In this document: in pieces, positions 6,863 to 15,635 of the stretch
Numbering within the stretch: position 1 is the first letter of the stretch
Layout: each line of letters begins with the position of its first letter
Source of the DNA: a virus
Lineage: Duplodnaviria; Caudoviricetes
Virus record (IMG/VR): IMGVR_UViG_3300020044_005907
Coordinates: 1 to 29,877 of that record
Direction: 5' to 3' (one strand)
DNA: 29,877 bases
The notes under the pieces: model-generated
Seen by the model: the letters and a program-made list of their open reading frames with translations, nothing else
Told to the model about the DNA's origin: nothing
The model's database searches: none
Position numbers and translations under genes: made by a program

Positions 6863-7449
6863 GGGGTATGGAAGCTTGCTGTGCGTCCGTTGAACCTGAG
6901 CGTCGTCATCACGCCGCATGGCCCGTTGCGTTGGTAGGGAATTAGAATCTTGCGCAACTCCGAACCTTCCTCGTCGTCGTGCTTGATCGCCATGATTACG
7001 GTCGCATCCTGCTGAATGGCTCGCGACTCACGCGCCTTGCCCTGCTCGTTTAGTTGAGTGATAGAAATCACCAGACAACCAAGCTCAAGCCCGATCAACC
7101 GCAACGCACGGCTAACCTCGGCAACCTCACGCTCGCGGGTAGACTCACGGCCAAGGTCGCACCTGACCAACTGGATGTAGTCAACTAGCAACACGCCTAG
7201 CCCATCCGGCGACTTCGCCATTGCTCGCGCAGTCGCAACGATGGACGCAATGTCATGCAGGTCATCGCGAATAACAAGCTTCGCAGAGTGCAGTCGATTG
7301 AGCGCCTTCTGCATTCCGGCCATATCGCGCTCCGTCTTCACGCCTTCAGCCAACGCCCTGAGTGGAACCTGACCAATGCAGGCAACTAACCTGTCAATGA
7401 TCTGACTCGCTGGCATCTCAAGGCTGACGATAAGTATTCCTTTTTCCAT
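6859..7449 (-). CDS. dnaB: DnaB-like replicative helicase, C-terminal part (split gene)
   Basis: Motif H1a ILIVSLEM, Walker B LLVDYIQL, REREVAEVSRALR, H3 ITQLN, H4 RESRAIQQDA and QRNGP. No Walker A. Confidence 0.9.
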   Translation of the reverse strand: MEKGILIVSLEMPASQIIDRLVACIGQVPLRALAEGVKTERDMAGMQKALNRLHSAKLVIRDDLHDIASIVATARAMAKSPDGLGVLLVDYIQLVRCDLGRESTREREVAEVSRALRLIGLELGCLVISITQLNEQGKARESRAIQQDATVIMAIKHDDEEGSELRKILIPYQRNGPCGVMTTLRFNGRTASFHTP

Positions 7450-7681
7450 TGTCCTTTCGTATTTCTTTTGAGTTGTAACTTTTCTGCTTCCGATCCTCCT
7501 GCACGGTTAGCACCACCTCAATGTCCTCTGTGCTTTGATTCTGTGGAAGTACAGCAAGCTCATCAATGAGTCGCTGACATTCCACTCGTGTGCCTCGATG
7601 CAGCACCTCCTGTACGATTTTGGGTCGTGGGAGGTGCCGCATGTGATCGGCAGCAATAGTTCGTCTAATCGCGACGTACAC
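7418..7681 (-). CDS. Hypothetical protein overlapping the DnaB-C start
   Basis: 87 aa, overlaps both neighbours. Confidence 0.6.
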   Translation of the reverse strand: MYVAIRRTIAADHMRHLPRPKIVQEVLHRGTRVECQRLIDELAVLPQNQSTEDIEVVLTVQEDRKQKSYNSKEIRKDNGKRNTYRQP

Positions 7682-8447
7682 GGGACAACAACCTTACGTC
7701 TTCCGAAGGCTCAGGCCACTCATCCAGTTCCTGCAACAACTTGAATGACTGAAGCTGTGAGTCGATACGCTGGTTAGCGTATGTCCATGCAGCTTCATCC
7801 ATCTCCATCCATTGACAGAAGTGCGGTGCCTCCATGTCTACAACCAAGAAACGAAAGTCAGCCTCGATTCCTGTGATCCTTTCGTAGCCGTAGGCGTACC
7901 AAGCAGCCTGCAAGTCGTACCCAAACTGCCAAAACTTTGACGGAAAGCGGAAAAAGTCTGACGTAGTTTTCAGGTCAACAATACAAACCTTGTCGTCCTT
8001 ATAGTCATGCCAGATCAAATCCGGCCTGCCCTTGCATTGCACGCCGCCGCGCTCCCAGAACATCGATGCTTCAATGGTCAGGTTGCTCAAATGCTTCAGC
8101 ATTTTCATAGCCTTGCTTCCAGCAGCCTCAAGCCGCGCCCCTTCATCGACAGTAACGACTTCCTTGTTGATGTTCATCTCACAGAAAAGCTGCCACTCCT
8201 CTTTTCCTGCTTTAGTGCGGCGATCAACTGCTGGTCCAACCGCCCAGTCCGTATTGCCTTCAAGCACCCAACTGTGCAGCAGCGTGCCTAACACCATCTC
8301 CCTGCTAGGCTTCCACTCCTGCTTCAGCTTGTACTTGTAGTACGCTGGCGATTGTAAGAAGTTGTCGAACTGATGCTTAGACAAGCCAGCTTCAGATCTG
8401 TACTGTGACATCGACATATCGTCGATAATTTGCGTTATCATGCTCAT
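7665..8447 (-). CDS. PD-(D/E)XK exonuclease (RecE/exonuclease VIII-like, DUF3799 type)
   Basis: GLSKH, GTLLHSWVLE, VDRRTKAGKEEW, IEASMFW...CKGRPDL...IVDLKTT, YDLQAAWY. Confidence 0.88.
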   Translation of the reverse strand: MSMITQIIDDMSMSQYRSEAGLSKHQFDNFLQSPAYYKYKLKQEWKPSREMVLGTLLHSWVLEGNTDWAVGPAVDRRTKAGKEEWQLFCEMNINKEVVTVDEGARLEAAGSKAMKMLKHLSNLTIEASMFWERGGVQCKGRPDLIWHDYKDDKVCIVDLKTTSDFFRFPSKFWQFGYDLQAAWYAYGYERITGIEADFRFLVVDMEAPHFCQWMEMDEAAWTYANQRIDSQLQSFKLLQELDEWPEPSEDVRLLSRVRRD

Positions 8448-8923
8448 ATTGTTTCGTTTAGTAGTTTTTCTATCTTAATGTGCAACTCAGTTACACTTCC
8501 ATCATTTATCACATTGTAGTCCACCTGAATACTGTTTTGTTCAGTTTCTGATACGTGAGTGCCTTGTTCTATGTTTGGGCGCACGATCCGAATCAGCATG
8601 CCGCCTGCTCGCTTGATCCAGTCTGCTTCGTTCTGAAAGCGGACATCAGTAATCACTGTTGGCGCGCCAAACCTAACTGGGTTGCACCACTTCATGCAGT
8701 CAACCCACACGTTCGGGTTGTACTTGCGGCCTGCCATTCCGATGTCCTGCAATAACGCTCGGCCTGCCCCAGTCTTTTCGCCAGTCCATCCCATCTGCAT
8801 GGCAATCTGTTTCACAGGCTGGGCAAACGACGCTTCTTGGTATCCAGCGTTAGTAAACACTTCAGCAGCCGTGTTCTTTCCGCTGCCTGCAATTCCAACT
8901 AATCCAATCAATTTTGGTTTCAT
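8444..8923 (-). CDS. Deoxynucleoside monophosphate kinase
   Basis: LIGLVGIAGSGKNT, SFAQPVK, RALLQDIG, VITDVRFQNE, HVSE. Likely start ATG 8923. Confidence 0.88.
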   Translation of the reverse strand: MKPKLIGLVGIAGSGKNTAAEVFTNAGYQEASFAQPVKQIAMQMGWTGEKTGAGRALLQDIGMAGRKYNPNVWVDCMKWCNPVRFGAPTVITDVRFQNEADWIKRAGGMLIRIVRPNIEQGTHVSETEQNSIQVDYNVINDGSVTELHIKIEKLLNETI

Positions 8924-9237
8924 ATTTTTGGGTTCATTTCTAATCCTAGACATCCATTGACAACCCCGGACTTGTCCCGGAGTAATTTGGCCGGGGAGAC
9001 CAAATCCCGGCGGCCCGGATAAGCTTGTCTAACCATTGTTGGAACAATGTAGACAGTGTCTTTTTTGGGTTGCGGAACTCCTGAAGCTCCGTTGACGATG
9101 GTTTCAAAACACGGAATGCCGTTGATGCTTCCGGCATGAATTGTCTGGGCGTTGACACGCGCAACTTCACCATCAGGCTCCATTGGATCGTGTCCCGCTA
9201 CATGAATAACGTAAGGGGTAAGGTTGATAACTTTCAT
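8920..9237 (-). CDS. Conserved viral hypothetical protein (INLTP-type)
   Basis: MKVINLTP...VPQPKKDTVYIVP...RRDLVSP..LLRD.SG...GC. ATGA overlap with the DnaB-N stop. Confidence 0.7.
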   Translation of the reverse strand: MKVINLTPYVIHVAGHDPMEPDGEVARVNAQTIHAGSINGIPCFETIVNGASGVPQPKKDTVYIVPTMVRQAYPGRRDLVSPAKLLRDKSGVVNGCLGLEMNPKI

Positions 9238-9911
9238 AAAAGATTTGCGACTATATTGAGTGCTAACATTGTTTTGCCTGACTTGGTTTCGCCACCAATC
9301 ACCAAGAAATCTCCGTAGCGAATTGGAGTCAGGTTATCGAGCTTCTCGTATCCCGTCTTAATCCGCTGCGTTGAGTCGTCACCAGTCTGGTAGCGAGTGA
9401 TAGCAGCAAGCAGCATTGTTTTAGTATCCTCAGCAGCGGGTGGAGATAGTTGTGTCTGAATCGAATCAACTTGAACAGCAACATCATTGACAATCTCGGT
9501 TGTCTTGACGTCCGCCTTGTTGATTTTACTCAACGCCTCATGTGCAACAATCTGTAGTGCGCGACGTTTAGCGCAACTGCGAACTGCTTCCAGCAATTCA
9601 GGCAGCGCCCCTTCAATCGGCATCAGCGTGTACAGGTCGGTTAATTGAGCAAACGTCGTCTCCGGCAACCGCTCGCGCAGTTTCTCAAAAATAACGCGAG
9701 CATCACAGCTTGCGCCTCTGCTGTTCTGGTCGATGACAATTTCCACAACCGCACGAGATGCGGGTTCAAAGATGTCGCTTGTCTGAAACCGCTTCTCAGC
9801 AATGTAGTTGAGAACAGTCTTCGGATGGTTCAAGGCAACGCTGGCAATGCCGCGCTCTGACTCGGTTGCGGTAGGAACAATCATGTCAGAATCCAATTTG
9901 GTCTTCCTCAT
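9234..9911 (-). CDS. dnaB: DnaB-like replicative helicase, N-terminal domain, linker and Walker A (split gene)
   Basis: VPTATESERGIAS-type N-domain start, then IKTGYEKLDNLT and GDFLVIGGETKSGKTMLALNIVANLL followed by TGA. Confidence 0.9.
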   Translation of the reverse strand: MRKTKLDSDMIVPTATESERGIASVALNHPKTVLNYIAEKRFQTSDIFEPASRAVVEIVIDQNSRGASCDARVIFEKLRERLPETTFAQLTDLYTLMPIEGALPELLEAVRSCAKRRALQIVAHEALSKINKADVKTTEIVNDVAVQVDSIQTQLSPPAAEDTKTMLLAAITRYQTGDDSTQRIKTGYEKLDNLTPIRYGDFLVIGGETKSGKTMLALNIVANLL

Positions 9912-10512
9912 ATTCTTCGATCAAACTGCCAGTTTTTTTGAGTCTTTTTTCTTTGCGATATTCAGCGGCATTCTCAAGCCACTTGTGGATGAATGCGTCA
10001 ATGCCCTTCACCTTGGTCTTACGCTTGCTGTGCCCAGCTTCGCACCAAAGAGACGCCTTGAACATTTCCTCCTCAACAATTTTGTGTCCGTACTTTTTGA
10101 TGTTTTTGTCGATGACTTTTGCGGAGCAAGTGCCGTAGCCATCGTCTCGCTTGAACTGCATCGTGTAGATGCTCTCGGTTTTCTGCACGGGATTAGGATC
10201 GGGAAACAGCGTGGGTTCCTCCCTCATTTCTCCCCTATCCTTCCTTTCCCCCACACCCCCTATCCTACCTAACCCCTCATTTACTCCCTCCTCCGCCTTC
10301 TTCAAATCTATGCGAGCTTCTTGCTTTGGAACCAAATCAATGACCGTCCATCCATCACTAACTTCCACGGGAAGGGGCCTACGCGCCCCGTCTTGGGCAG
10401 TTAGGTAGTTGGGCAATACGATGACAGCTCTACCACCAGCATACCCCACTGGAATCGTCAGGTGAATGGATTCGCCAATCGCAGGAGTAAAGGTGAAGTA
10501 AATTTTACTCAT
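9886..10512 (-). CDS. Putative replication initiator/replisome organiser
   Basis: Lies directly upstream of the helicase, has a C-terminal helical domain (KGIDAFIHKWLENA) and an internal purine-skewed repeat tract. Confidence 0.45.
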   Translation of the reverse strand: MSKIYFTFTPAIGESIHLTIPVGYAGGRAVIVLPNYLTAQDGARRPLPVEVSDGWTVIDLVPKQEARIDLKKAEEGVNEGLGRIGGVGERKDRGEMREEPTLFPDPNPVQKTESIYTMQFKRDDGYGTCSAKVIDKNIKKYGHKIVEEEMFKASLWCEAGHSKRKTKVKGIDAFIHKWLENAAEYRKEKRLKKTGSLIEEYEEDQIGF

Positions 10513-10804
10513 TGTCCTGTTCCTCCAACAGCTTGGTTGTAATCGTCATTTGCACCAGCTTTTCACGAGCCTCCTCAAGCGTGTGAGAGTTGATGTATTC
10601 GCGCAAAAATCGCAGCTCATCAATCCCGTCTTGCTCGCCACCTTGCAGGATGCTGACAAACACGCCGAATGTCAGTGTCATCACCTCCATCATCCCCGGC
10701 TGACCTTTTGGGAAAACAAGGCCAATTCTGCCATCCTCATGGCGAGTGATCATCAGTGTCGTTGTTACTTCTTCTGGTATTTCAATTAGATGTTTTTGTT
10801 TCAT
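10505..10804 (-). CDS. Hypothetical protein
   Basis: Likely start ATG 10804, after the leader ACAACCAAAACAATATAC. Confidence 0.7.
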   Translation of the reverse strand: MKQKHLIEIPEEVTTTLMITRHEDGRIGLVFPKGQPGMMEVMTLTFGVFVSILQGGEQDGIDELRFLREYINSHTLEEAREKLVQMTITTKLLEEQDNE

Positions 10805-10863
10805 GTATATTGTTTTGGTTGTGCGCGTTGCCACAGTCGCGCCCCTGCTAAACTATGTAGCTA

Positions 10864-11220
10864 TTACAGCTCAGACATCCACTCGTGTCTCAAAACGTCC
10901 ATGCCATCACGCAGGAGTGCAAAAAACAGCGAGGCATCCATCGTTACCTTCCAGTTGGAGCGACTTTTCTTGTGGGCGACTATGTACGGTTTGACCCCAC
11001 GGTCACGATCAGCCTGCTCACAAGCCTGCTCCAAGTTGAGTTTCTCCACAAATTTGACTTCCATGTGGAGGTTCTTCAACTCAGAACAGATAACATCTGG
11101 ACTGTCTGAGCCGCCAGAGAACTGTTGGCCTCGGCGGGCTGTGAACCCCTCCTCACGGAGAAGATCACGCCACAACCGTTCACCTCTCGCTCCTTTAGCT
11201 CGCGAGTTGATTTTTGACAT
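10864..11220 (-). CDS. Holliday junction resolvase (Hjc-like PD-(D/E)XK)
   Basis: NSRAKGARGER, ARRGQQFSGGSDSPDV, LHMEVK. Confidence 0.85.
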   Translation of the reverse strand: MSKINSRAKGARGERLWRDLLREEGFTARRGQQFSGGSDSPDVICSELKNLHMEVKFVEKLNLEQACEQADRDRGVKPYIVAHKKSRSNWKVTMDASLFFALLRDGMDVLRHEWMSEL

Positions 11221-11392
11221 CGGTAGACAGCTTGTCGAATGCTGTTTTCACCTTCTCGGGGTCGTAACGATAGACACGCTTGCCAAACTGAATGGCGGGA
11301 ATTGTGCCGTCTCTTGTAAACCTGAGAATTGCTTGATATGGGAAGCCCAGCTTTTCGCCGAGCTGTTTTGCAGTGAGTAGTGTAAAGTTCAT
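11195..11392 (-). CDS. Excisionase/MerR-like HTH DNA-binding protein
   Basis: LLTAKQLGEKLG...ILRFTRDGTIPAIQFGKRVYRYD. Confidence 0.8.
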   Translation of the reverse strand: MNFTLLTAKQLGEKLGFPYQAILRFTRDGTIPAIQFGKRVYRYDPEKVKTAFDKLSTDVKNQLAS

Positions 11393-11394
11393 AA

Positions 11395-12066
11395 TTACCA
11401 GCCTAGATCGTCTTCGTCTTTTTCGGTTTCAGTTTCGGGTTCAGTTTCTTCTTGTTTTGGTTTTGCTGCTGAGGCTGGGAATGCTTTCGCAAATCCGGCC
11501 CTGTCAGCAGAAATGAATAGCGACGTTGCAATCGCCTGAAGCTGCTCGGGAGTCACCTTGACCTGCTCTCCAACCCAAGCCGCTGCCTTGATAGCTTCCG
11601 CCATCAATTGCGCCGCTTGAAACAAAGCCTTGCGAGCTTCAGCGGGAGTAATCCCGCCAGTGCTAATAGGTGACTTGCTAGTCACTGCACGCTGTGGTGC
11701 AGGTGCGCCTCCATTCTCGGCAGCAAGTTCAGCGTCCGTGAGGATCGCCGCCTTGTCGTTAATCTTAAGTTCGGTAACCTTTGTTTTAGGGTTTTCGGCT
11801 ACAGTCAATCCCTGCAATCCCTTTGGTGTTGAACGTGACTTGATGGTGATCATCTGGCCTTCCAAGTCATCCATTGCAGACGGAATCCAAAACGCTGCAC
11901 GAATCTCGCCAGTACTATCTTGCACAATCGCGTTTTGCACACGCCACGGACCAAAATTCCCAACCCCCTTGTTTTCTGGGAATACCTTTTTAACCTGCAC
12001 GCGCATCTCGCCAATGGTCGTGCCACTGGAAAGCTCTGAAACCTGATTAATTTTTGCTACTTTCAT
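11395..12066 (-). CDS. OB-fold single-stranded DNA-binding protein
   Basis: VQNAIVQDSTGEIRAAFW is an RPA-like OB motif. The acidic tail ends EDEDDLGW. First gene of the replication operon. Confidence 0.75.
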   Translation of the reverse strand: MKVAKINQVSELSSGTTIGEMRVQVKKVFPENKGVGNFGPWRVQNAIVQDSTGEIRAAFWIPSAMDDLEGQMITIKSRSTPKGLQGLTVAENPKTKVTELKINDKAAILTDAELAAENGGAPAPQRAVTSKSPISTGGITPAEARKALFQAAQLMAEAIKAAAWVGEQVKVTPEQLQAIATSLFISADRAGFAKAFPASAAKPKQEETEPETETEKDEDDLGW

Positions 12067-12113
12067 TGTTTTTTGTTTCTAGTTTGTTTGTGTCGTTTTG
12101 TAGCGACGATGAA

Positions 12114-12141
12114 ACCGTACACGCCAGTAAGTGACGTGCAA
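12114..12141 (-). promoter_or_regulatory. Putative promoter of the replication operon
   Basis: Minus strand TTGCAC-16 nt-TACGGT with an upstream A-tract, about 48 nt before ATG 12066. Confidence 0.35.
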
Positions 12142-12166
12142 CAATTTTTTTCAACTACAGAGGAAA

Positions 12167-12313
12167 TTACCTCTTGCGACGAGGGGCCGCAGGCTGCCTT
12201 AACGCTTGTTTCTGTGCAACGTAAGCGTGTGTGTTGCTTGGCTTTGACTGTGGTTTTGCAACACCAAGTGCTTGTTTAAATGCGTTTGTAGCGGATACGT
12301 CTGATCGTTTCAT
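12167..12313 (-). CDS. 48-aa basic peptide (not in the ORF track)
   Basis: MKRSDVSATNAFKQALGVAKPQSKPSNTHAYVAQKQALRQPAAPRRKR*. ATGA overlap with the 1106-aa gene. Confidence 0.55.
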   Translation of the reverse strand: MKRSDVSATNAFKQALGVAKPQSKPSNTHAYVAQKQALRQPAAPRRKR

Positions 12314-15300
12314 TTTCGGTTCATTATGTCGCTCATGTGCTGGTTAACAGCCTTTTGTTCAGCTTCAGTAGCAGAAGAATAAATCCCAACCCTGTCCCCG
12401 CTTGGATTGAACAGCATGTATTTGTTTTGCTGTGTTTTAACAACTTTAAATCCGTACTTAAAATCCGTTGTAACGGTGCCGTTTTTCAAGTCTTCCTCGT
12501 ACACGTTTTGCGGCGCAAACGGAAGCGGTTTTACTACCTGTTCCATGCCACGCGCAGACGTCCACGCTTTTAGGAATGCCTCTACGCGAGGCTTGCTTTT
12601 TTGATCCAAGGTGCGAAGCATCTCAACTGCCACATCTGGCTTAGACACAAAGTCCACCATAAGATCTTCTGTTCGTTTTTTAACGTCACCTTTCCACAGT
12701 TTGCGGACAAGGTTTACAACACCTTCTGTTCCGGCAGCTAGCGATGAACGCTTTGAAGGGTCAACGCCTCTGGCAAACTTAAACAACACAGACATCGCGT
12801 TACCGCTGAGTCCTTCGCCAAGCACAATGTCCTGCAATGTGTTGTATGCAGTAGACGATTCACCTTGCGTCAAAGATGTCTTTCTCAATAACGCTCGCGT
12901 TTGTTCTCTGGCAGTCTTAAGCGCAAGCACTTCTTTTGGATCAAAAACCATGTCCATGACTTGCCGCATGTCGCTATCGGGCAACAGATCTCGATTTAGC
13001 TTGTCGATGCTTGATTGAAGATCTTTAACTTCAATTTCAGCGTTTGCGTCTAGCTGTTTTCCGGCAACAACGCTGGCAAACTTACGAGTGTCTTTTGCAA
13101 TGTAAGTGCGCAGTGCGTTGCGTAGTCCTTCCAAGGCTTGAGAATCGCCCTGAGCGGCCTGCATTAATGCAGCAAATTCTTTTACTGGACTGCGACTTTT
13201 GTTTGTAAAAATGTTGTCAATTGCCGTTACAGGTGTAGGCCCAAGAAATCTACTAACTGCTGTGTCTTGAAGGTTTTTTGCAAACTCATCAAAAGTTGAC
13301 TGTGCCGTTTTGGCTGCGCCAGAAGCTATTTTTTCAGCATTTGCCTGAGCTTCTTTAATGCGCAGCTCTGTATAGTCAAAAGCGTGTTTTTGATTACTTT
13401 CGGAAGTGTCTTTTTTAGTTAAGGCATCATCTACGTTTTTTTGCGCAGTAGAAATGTTGTCTATGATGCCTTTAATTTTAGGCCGAACTTCAGGAAATAC
13501 CTCAAAGATAACAGACAAATCTTGATTTCTGTACCACTTGGCAAGGTCTGCGGCTTTTGCTTCAACTCCAAATTTATCTACAAGCTTGTTTAGTTGCCAT
13601 GTAGCAATTTCATCAAAAACAGCGGGAGAAATACTGCCTGTTGCTGGATCTGTAGATGCAGTTCTAAATTGTTTTTGAGTTTCTAGTCCGCCATTTAAAT
13701 AGTGATCCAAAAACTCAGAAGGAGCCTTTGTTGTTGGATTGTTTTTTACATAGGTGTCTATGTGAGACTTGTAAATAGCGTTGGCTTCTTTGACTAACTT
13801 GGATTTTTCTCCAAGCTTCGCCAAATCTTTTTCCATTCCAGTTCGCAGTTCATTAAGGGCAGCAAGCGGCATAGAATCAGCCGCTGCTTTTCTGATAGCG
13901 TTGTTTACAGCAACAATTTCACCACGAAGCGTATGAATGTTAAAAAAACGACGGCTTCCTTTTTGGCCGGGGGCATAGTTGTCTATGATTCGTCTAATTG
14001 CAGGATCAAGGTTTGCACCTTCTACGCGCTCAGATCTTGACCTGTATTTTTTTGCGGCAGTTACAGCGGCGCGATATGAGTTAGAAAAATCCGTTAAAAT
14101 AGAGTCTCCAGCCTTGCCGATGTTTCTGTACGCAGCACTTGCAAGATCAGAGCTAATTGAATCATTAATCTCAAATCTTGTTCGTGAAGCGTTAGATGCC
14201 GTGGCTTTTGTTTGAATGCCGGAATATTGAGCAAACTCAGATGTTGCGTTATTTAGCAATGCTCCAACTTCACGACTTGCAACATCAGCATCACTTACTC
14301 GATTAATGGCCGCAGAACGAATTTGAGCAGCTTCCTTAAAAGCGGCGTCTAAAATTGCAGCTCCTTGATCATTTCCTGCTGCAATTGCGGCATCCCGAAG
14401 TGAGGCCGCTTCTGCAAGTGTTCTTTGGTTTTGGCCGTCAAACTTTAATTGAGTGTACTCCGGCGTTGCTCCCGTTTGCTTGGTTGCTTCTCCAAGGTTG
14501 GAGGCAATTTTAGCTTGCGTTTTACGCAAAGAATCCATTAAGCCCGTGTTTTTGCGCTCAAGCGAACTCTGAAGCGCAATTAATCCAGACACATCAGACA
14601 TGTTGCCTGAGCCGAGATTTACGCCACCTTCAGTCAGCGGAATAGCGCCTTCAATTGCTGCGGCAGCCTGCTCTGCTTTTGCCGTCGTTGGCGCGCCTTC
14701 TTCTGCCCCAAGCGCGCTTTTTAAAAAGGATTTACTGCGGTCTATTGCCGCCATGTCCTTGCGGTACTCGCGGTTGAACAAATACCTGCCAACCCTATTT
14801 GGCTTAGTAACCATTGACGTCGCAACGTCAAATGCAAGCCGTTCTACAAACTCTTTTGGCTTTAACTCTACGCCTTGATACACTTGTTTCGCCGCAAACC
14901 CCAAATCTATTCCGGCAGACAATAAGGCTCCCTTAATTAGGTTTGCTCCAGCTTCAATCCCAAGTTTGTTTGTTGCAAATGACGGCAAAAACTGCCCAAT
15001 CATTTGCCCAAGGCGAGTGTCTGGAAGCTCATAGTCAAACGCAATTTGCGATCGTTCTGCGTCTGTGGGAGGGAAAAACTCATCTTGCAGTTCTGCTCCT
15101 TTTATGGAACCGCCTATGGTGCCTGCTATTCCCATTCCCGGAAGAGGAATTGCGCTGCCTAAAGCGCCCCCGGCAATGCCGCCAATGGTAGGCCCAATTG
15201 CAGACATTGCTCCACGGCCAACAGAAGCAAGAAATCCATCGTCTTTAGACGACTTGTATGCGTTCCAGTAGGGCGTGATTGCGCCCATGTACTCTTCAGG

Positions 15301-15630
15301 CGTAAAGCTAGGCGGAATGTACCCTTGAGAAACTGCCTTGTCTAAAACTTGACGCGGCGTTTCTCCAAGCGCAAATGGATTTACGTTTTGCCCAGACTGC
15401 CCTGCAATGGCTTGTCTAATATCTGAAACAAAACCGGGAGAAAGATCACGCTTATCTAAAAACGACTCTTCATCTGGAGTTGTTTTTGGCATTGGAACAT
15501 CGCCAAACTCCAATGGCTTAAATGGCACCTCTGAAACCTCAGGTCCACCAGCAGCCAAAGCTTCTGGTGTAGCAACTTCAGACAACTTGTTTTTTTCAGA
15601 CGGCAGATTTTCGTAATCTTCAAGTGGCAT
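12310..15630 (-). CDS. Large internal virion/DNA ejection protein
   Basis: 1106 aa, Ala-rich and helical, with a Gly-rich hydrophobic hairpin near the N-terminus. Last large gene of the structural operon. Confidence 0.65.
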   Translation of the reverse strand: MPLEDYENLPSEKNKLSEVATPEALAAGGPEVSEVPFKPLEFGDVPMPKTTPDEESFLDKRDLSPGFVSDIRQAIAGQSGQNVNPFALGETPRQVLDKAVSQGYIPPSFTPEEYMGAITPYWNAYKSSKDDGFLASVGRGAMSAIGPTIGGIAGGALGSAIPLPGMGIAGTIGGSIKGAELQDEFFPPTDAERSQIAFDYELPDTRLGQMIGQFLPSFATNKLGIEAGANLIKGALLSAGIDLGFAAKQVYQGVELKPKEFVERLAFDVATSMVTKPNRVGRYLFNREYRKDMAAIDRSKSFLKSALGAEEGAPTTAKAEQAAAAIEGAIPLTEGGVNLGSGNMSDVSGLIALQSSLERKNTGLMDSLRKTQAKIASNLGEATKQTGATPEYTQLKFDGQNQRTLAEAASLRDAAIAAGNDQGAAILDAAFKEAAQIRSAAINRVSDADVASREVGALLNNATSEFAQYSGIQTKATASNASRTRFEINDSISSDLASAAYRNIGKAGDSILTDFSNSYRAAVTAAKKYRSRSERVEGANLDPAIRRIIDNYAPGQKGSRRFFNIHTLRGEIVAVNNAIRKAAADSMPLAALNELRTGMEKDLAKLGEKSKLVKEANAIYKSHIDTYVKNNPTTKAPSEFLDHYLNGGLETQKQFRTASTDPATGSISPAVFDEIATWQLNKLVDKFGVEAKAADLAKWYRNQDLSVIFEVFPEVRPKIKGIIDNISTAQKNVDDALTKKDTSESNQKHAFDYTELRIKEAQANAEKIASGAAKTAQSTFDEFAKNLQDTAVSRFLGPTPVTAIDNIFTNKSRSPVKEFAALMQAAQGDSQALEGLRNALRTYIAKDTRKFASVVAGKQLDANAEIEVKDLQSSIDKLNRDLLPDSDMRQVMDMVFDPKEVLALKTAREQTRALLRKTSLTQGESSTAYNTLQDIVLGEGLSGNAMSVLFKFARGVDPSKRSSLAAGTEGVVNLVRKLWKGDVKKRTEDLMVDFVSKPDVAVEMLRTLDQKSKPRVEAFLKAWTSARGMEQVVKPLPFAPQNVYEEDLKNGTVTTDFKYGFKVVKTQQNKYMLFNPSGDRVGIYSSATEAEQKAVNQHMSDIMNRK

Positions 15631-15635
15631 AATTG

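Noticed and set aside
7472-9234. Imperfect direct repeat AAAGTTA(T)CAAC near both ends of the insert in dnaB (9223-9234 and 7472-7482) as an excision site
   Set aside because: It lies downstream of the DnaB-N TGA, so recombination there would keep the stop codon. It is short, AT-rich and could be chance, and no recombinase is seen.
6859-9911. Intein, self-splicing intron or ribosomal bypass as the explanation for the split dnaB
   Set aside because: No intein N- or C-terminal signatures, no non-coding space for a ribozyme core, no in-frame matched landing codon, and the gap is about 1.8 kb.
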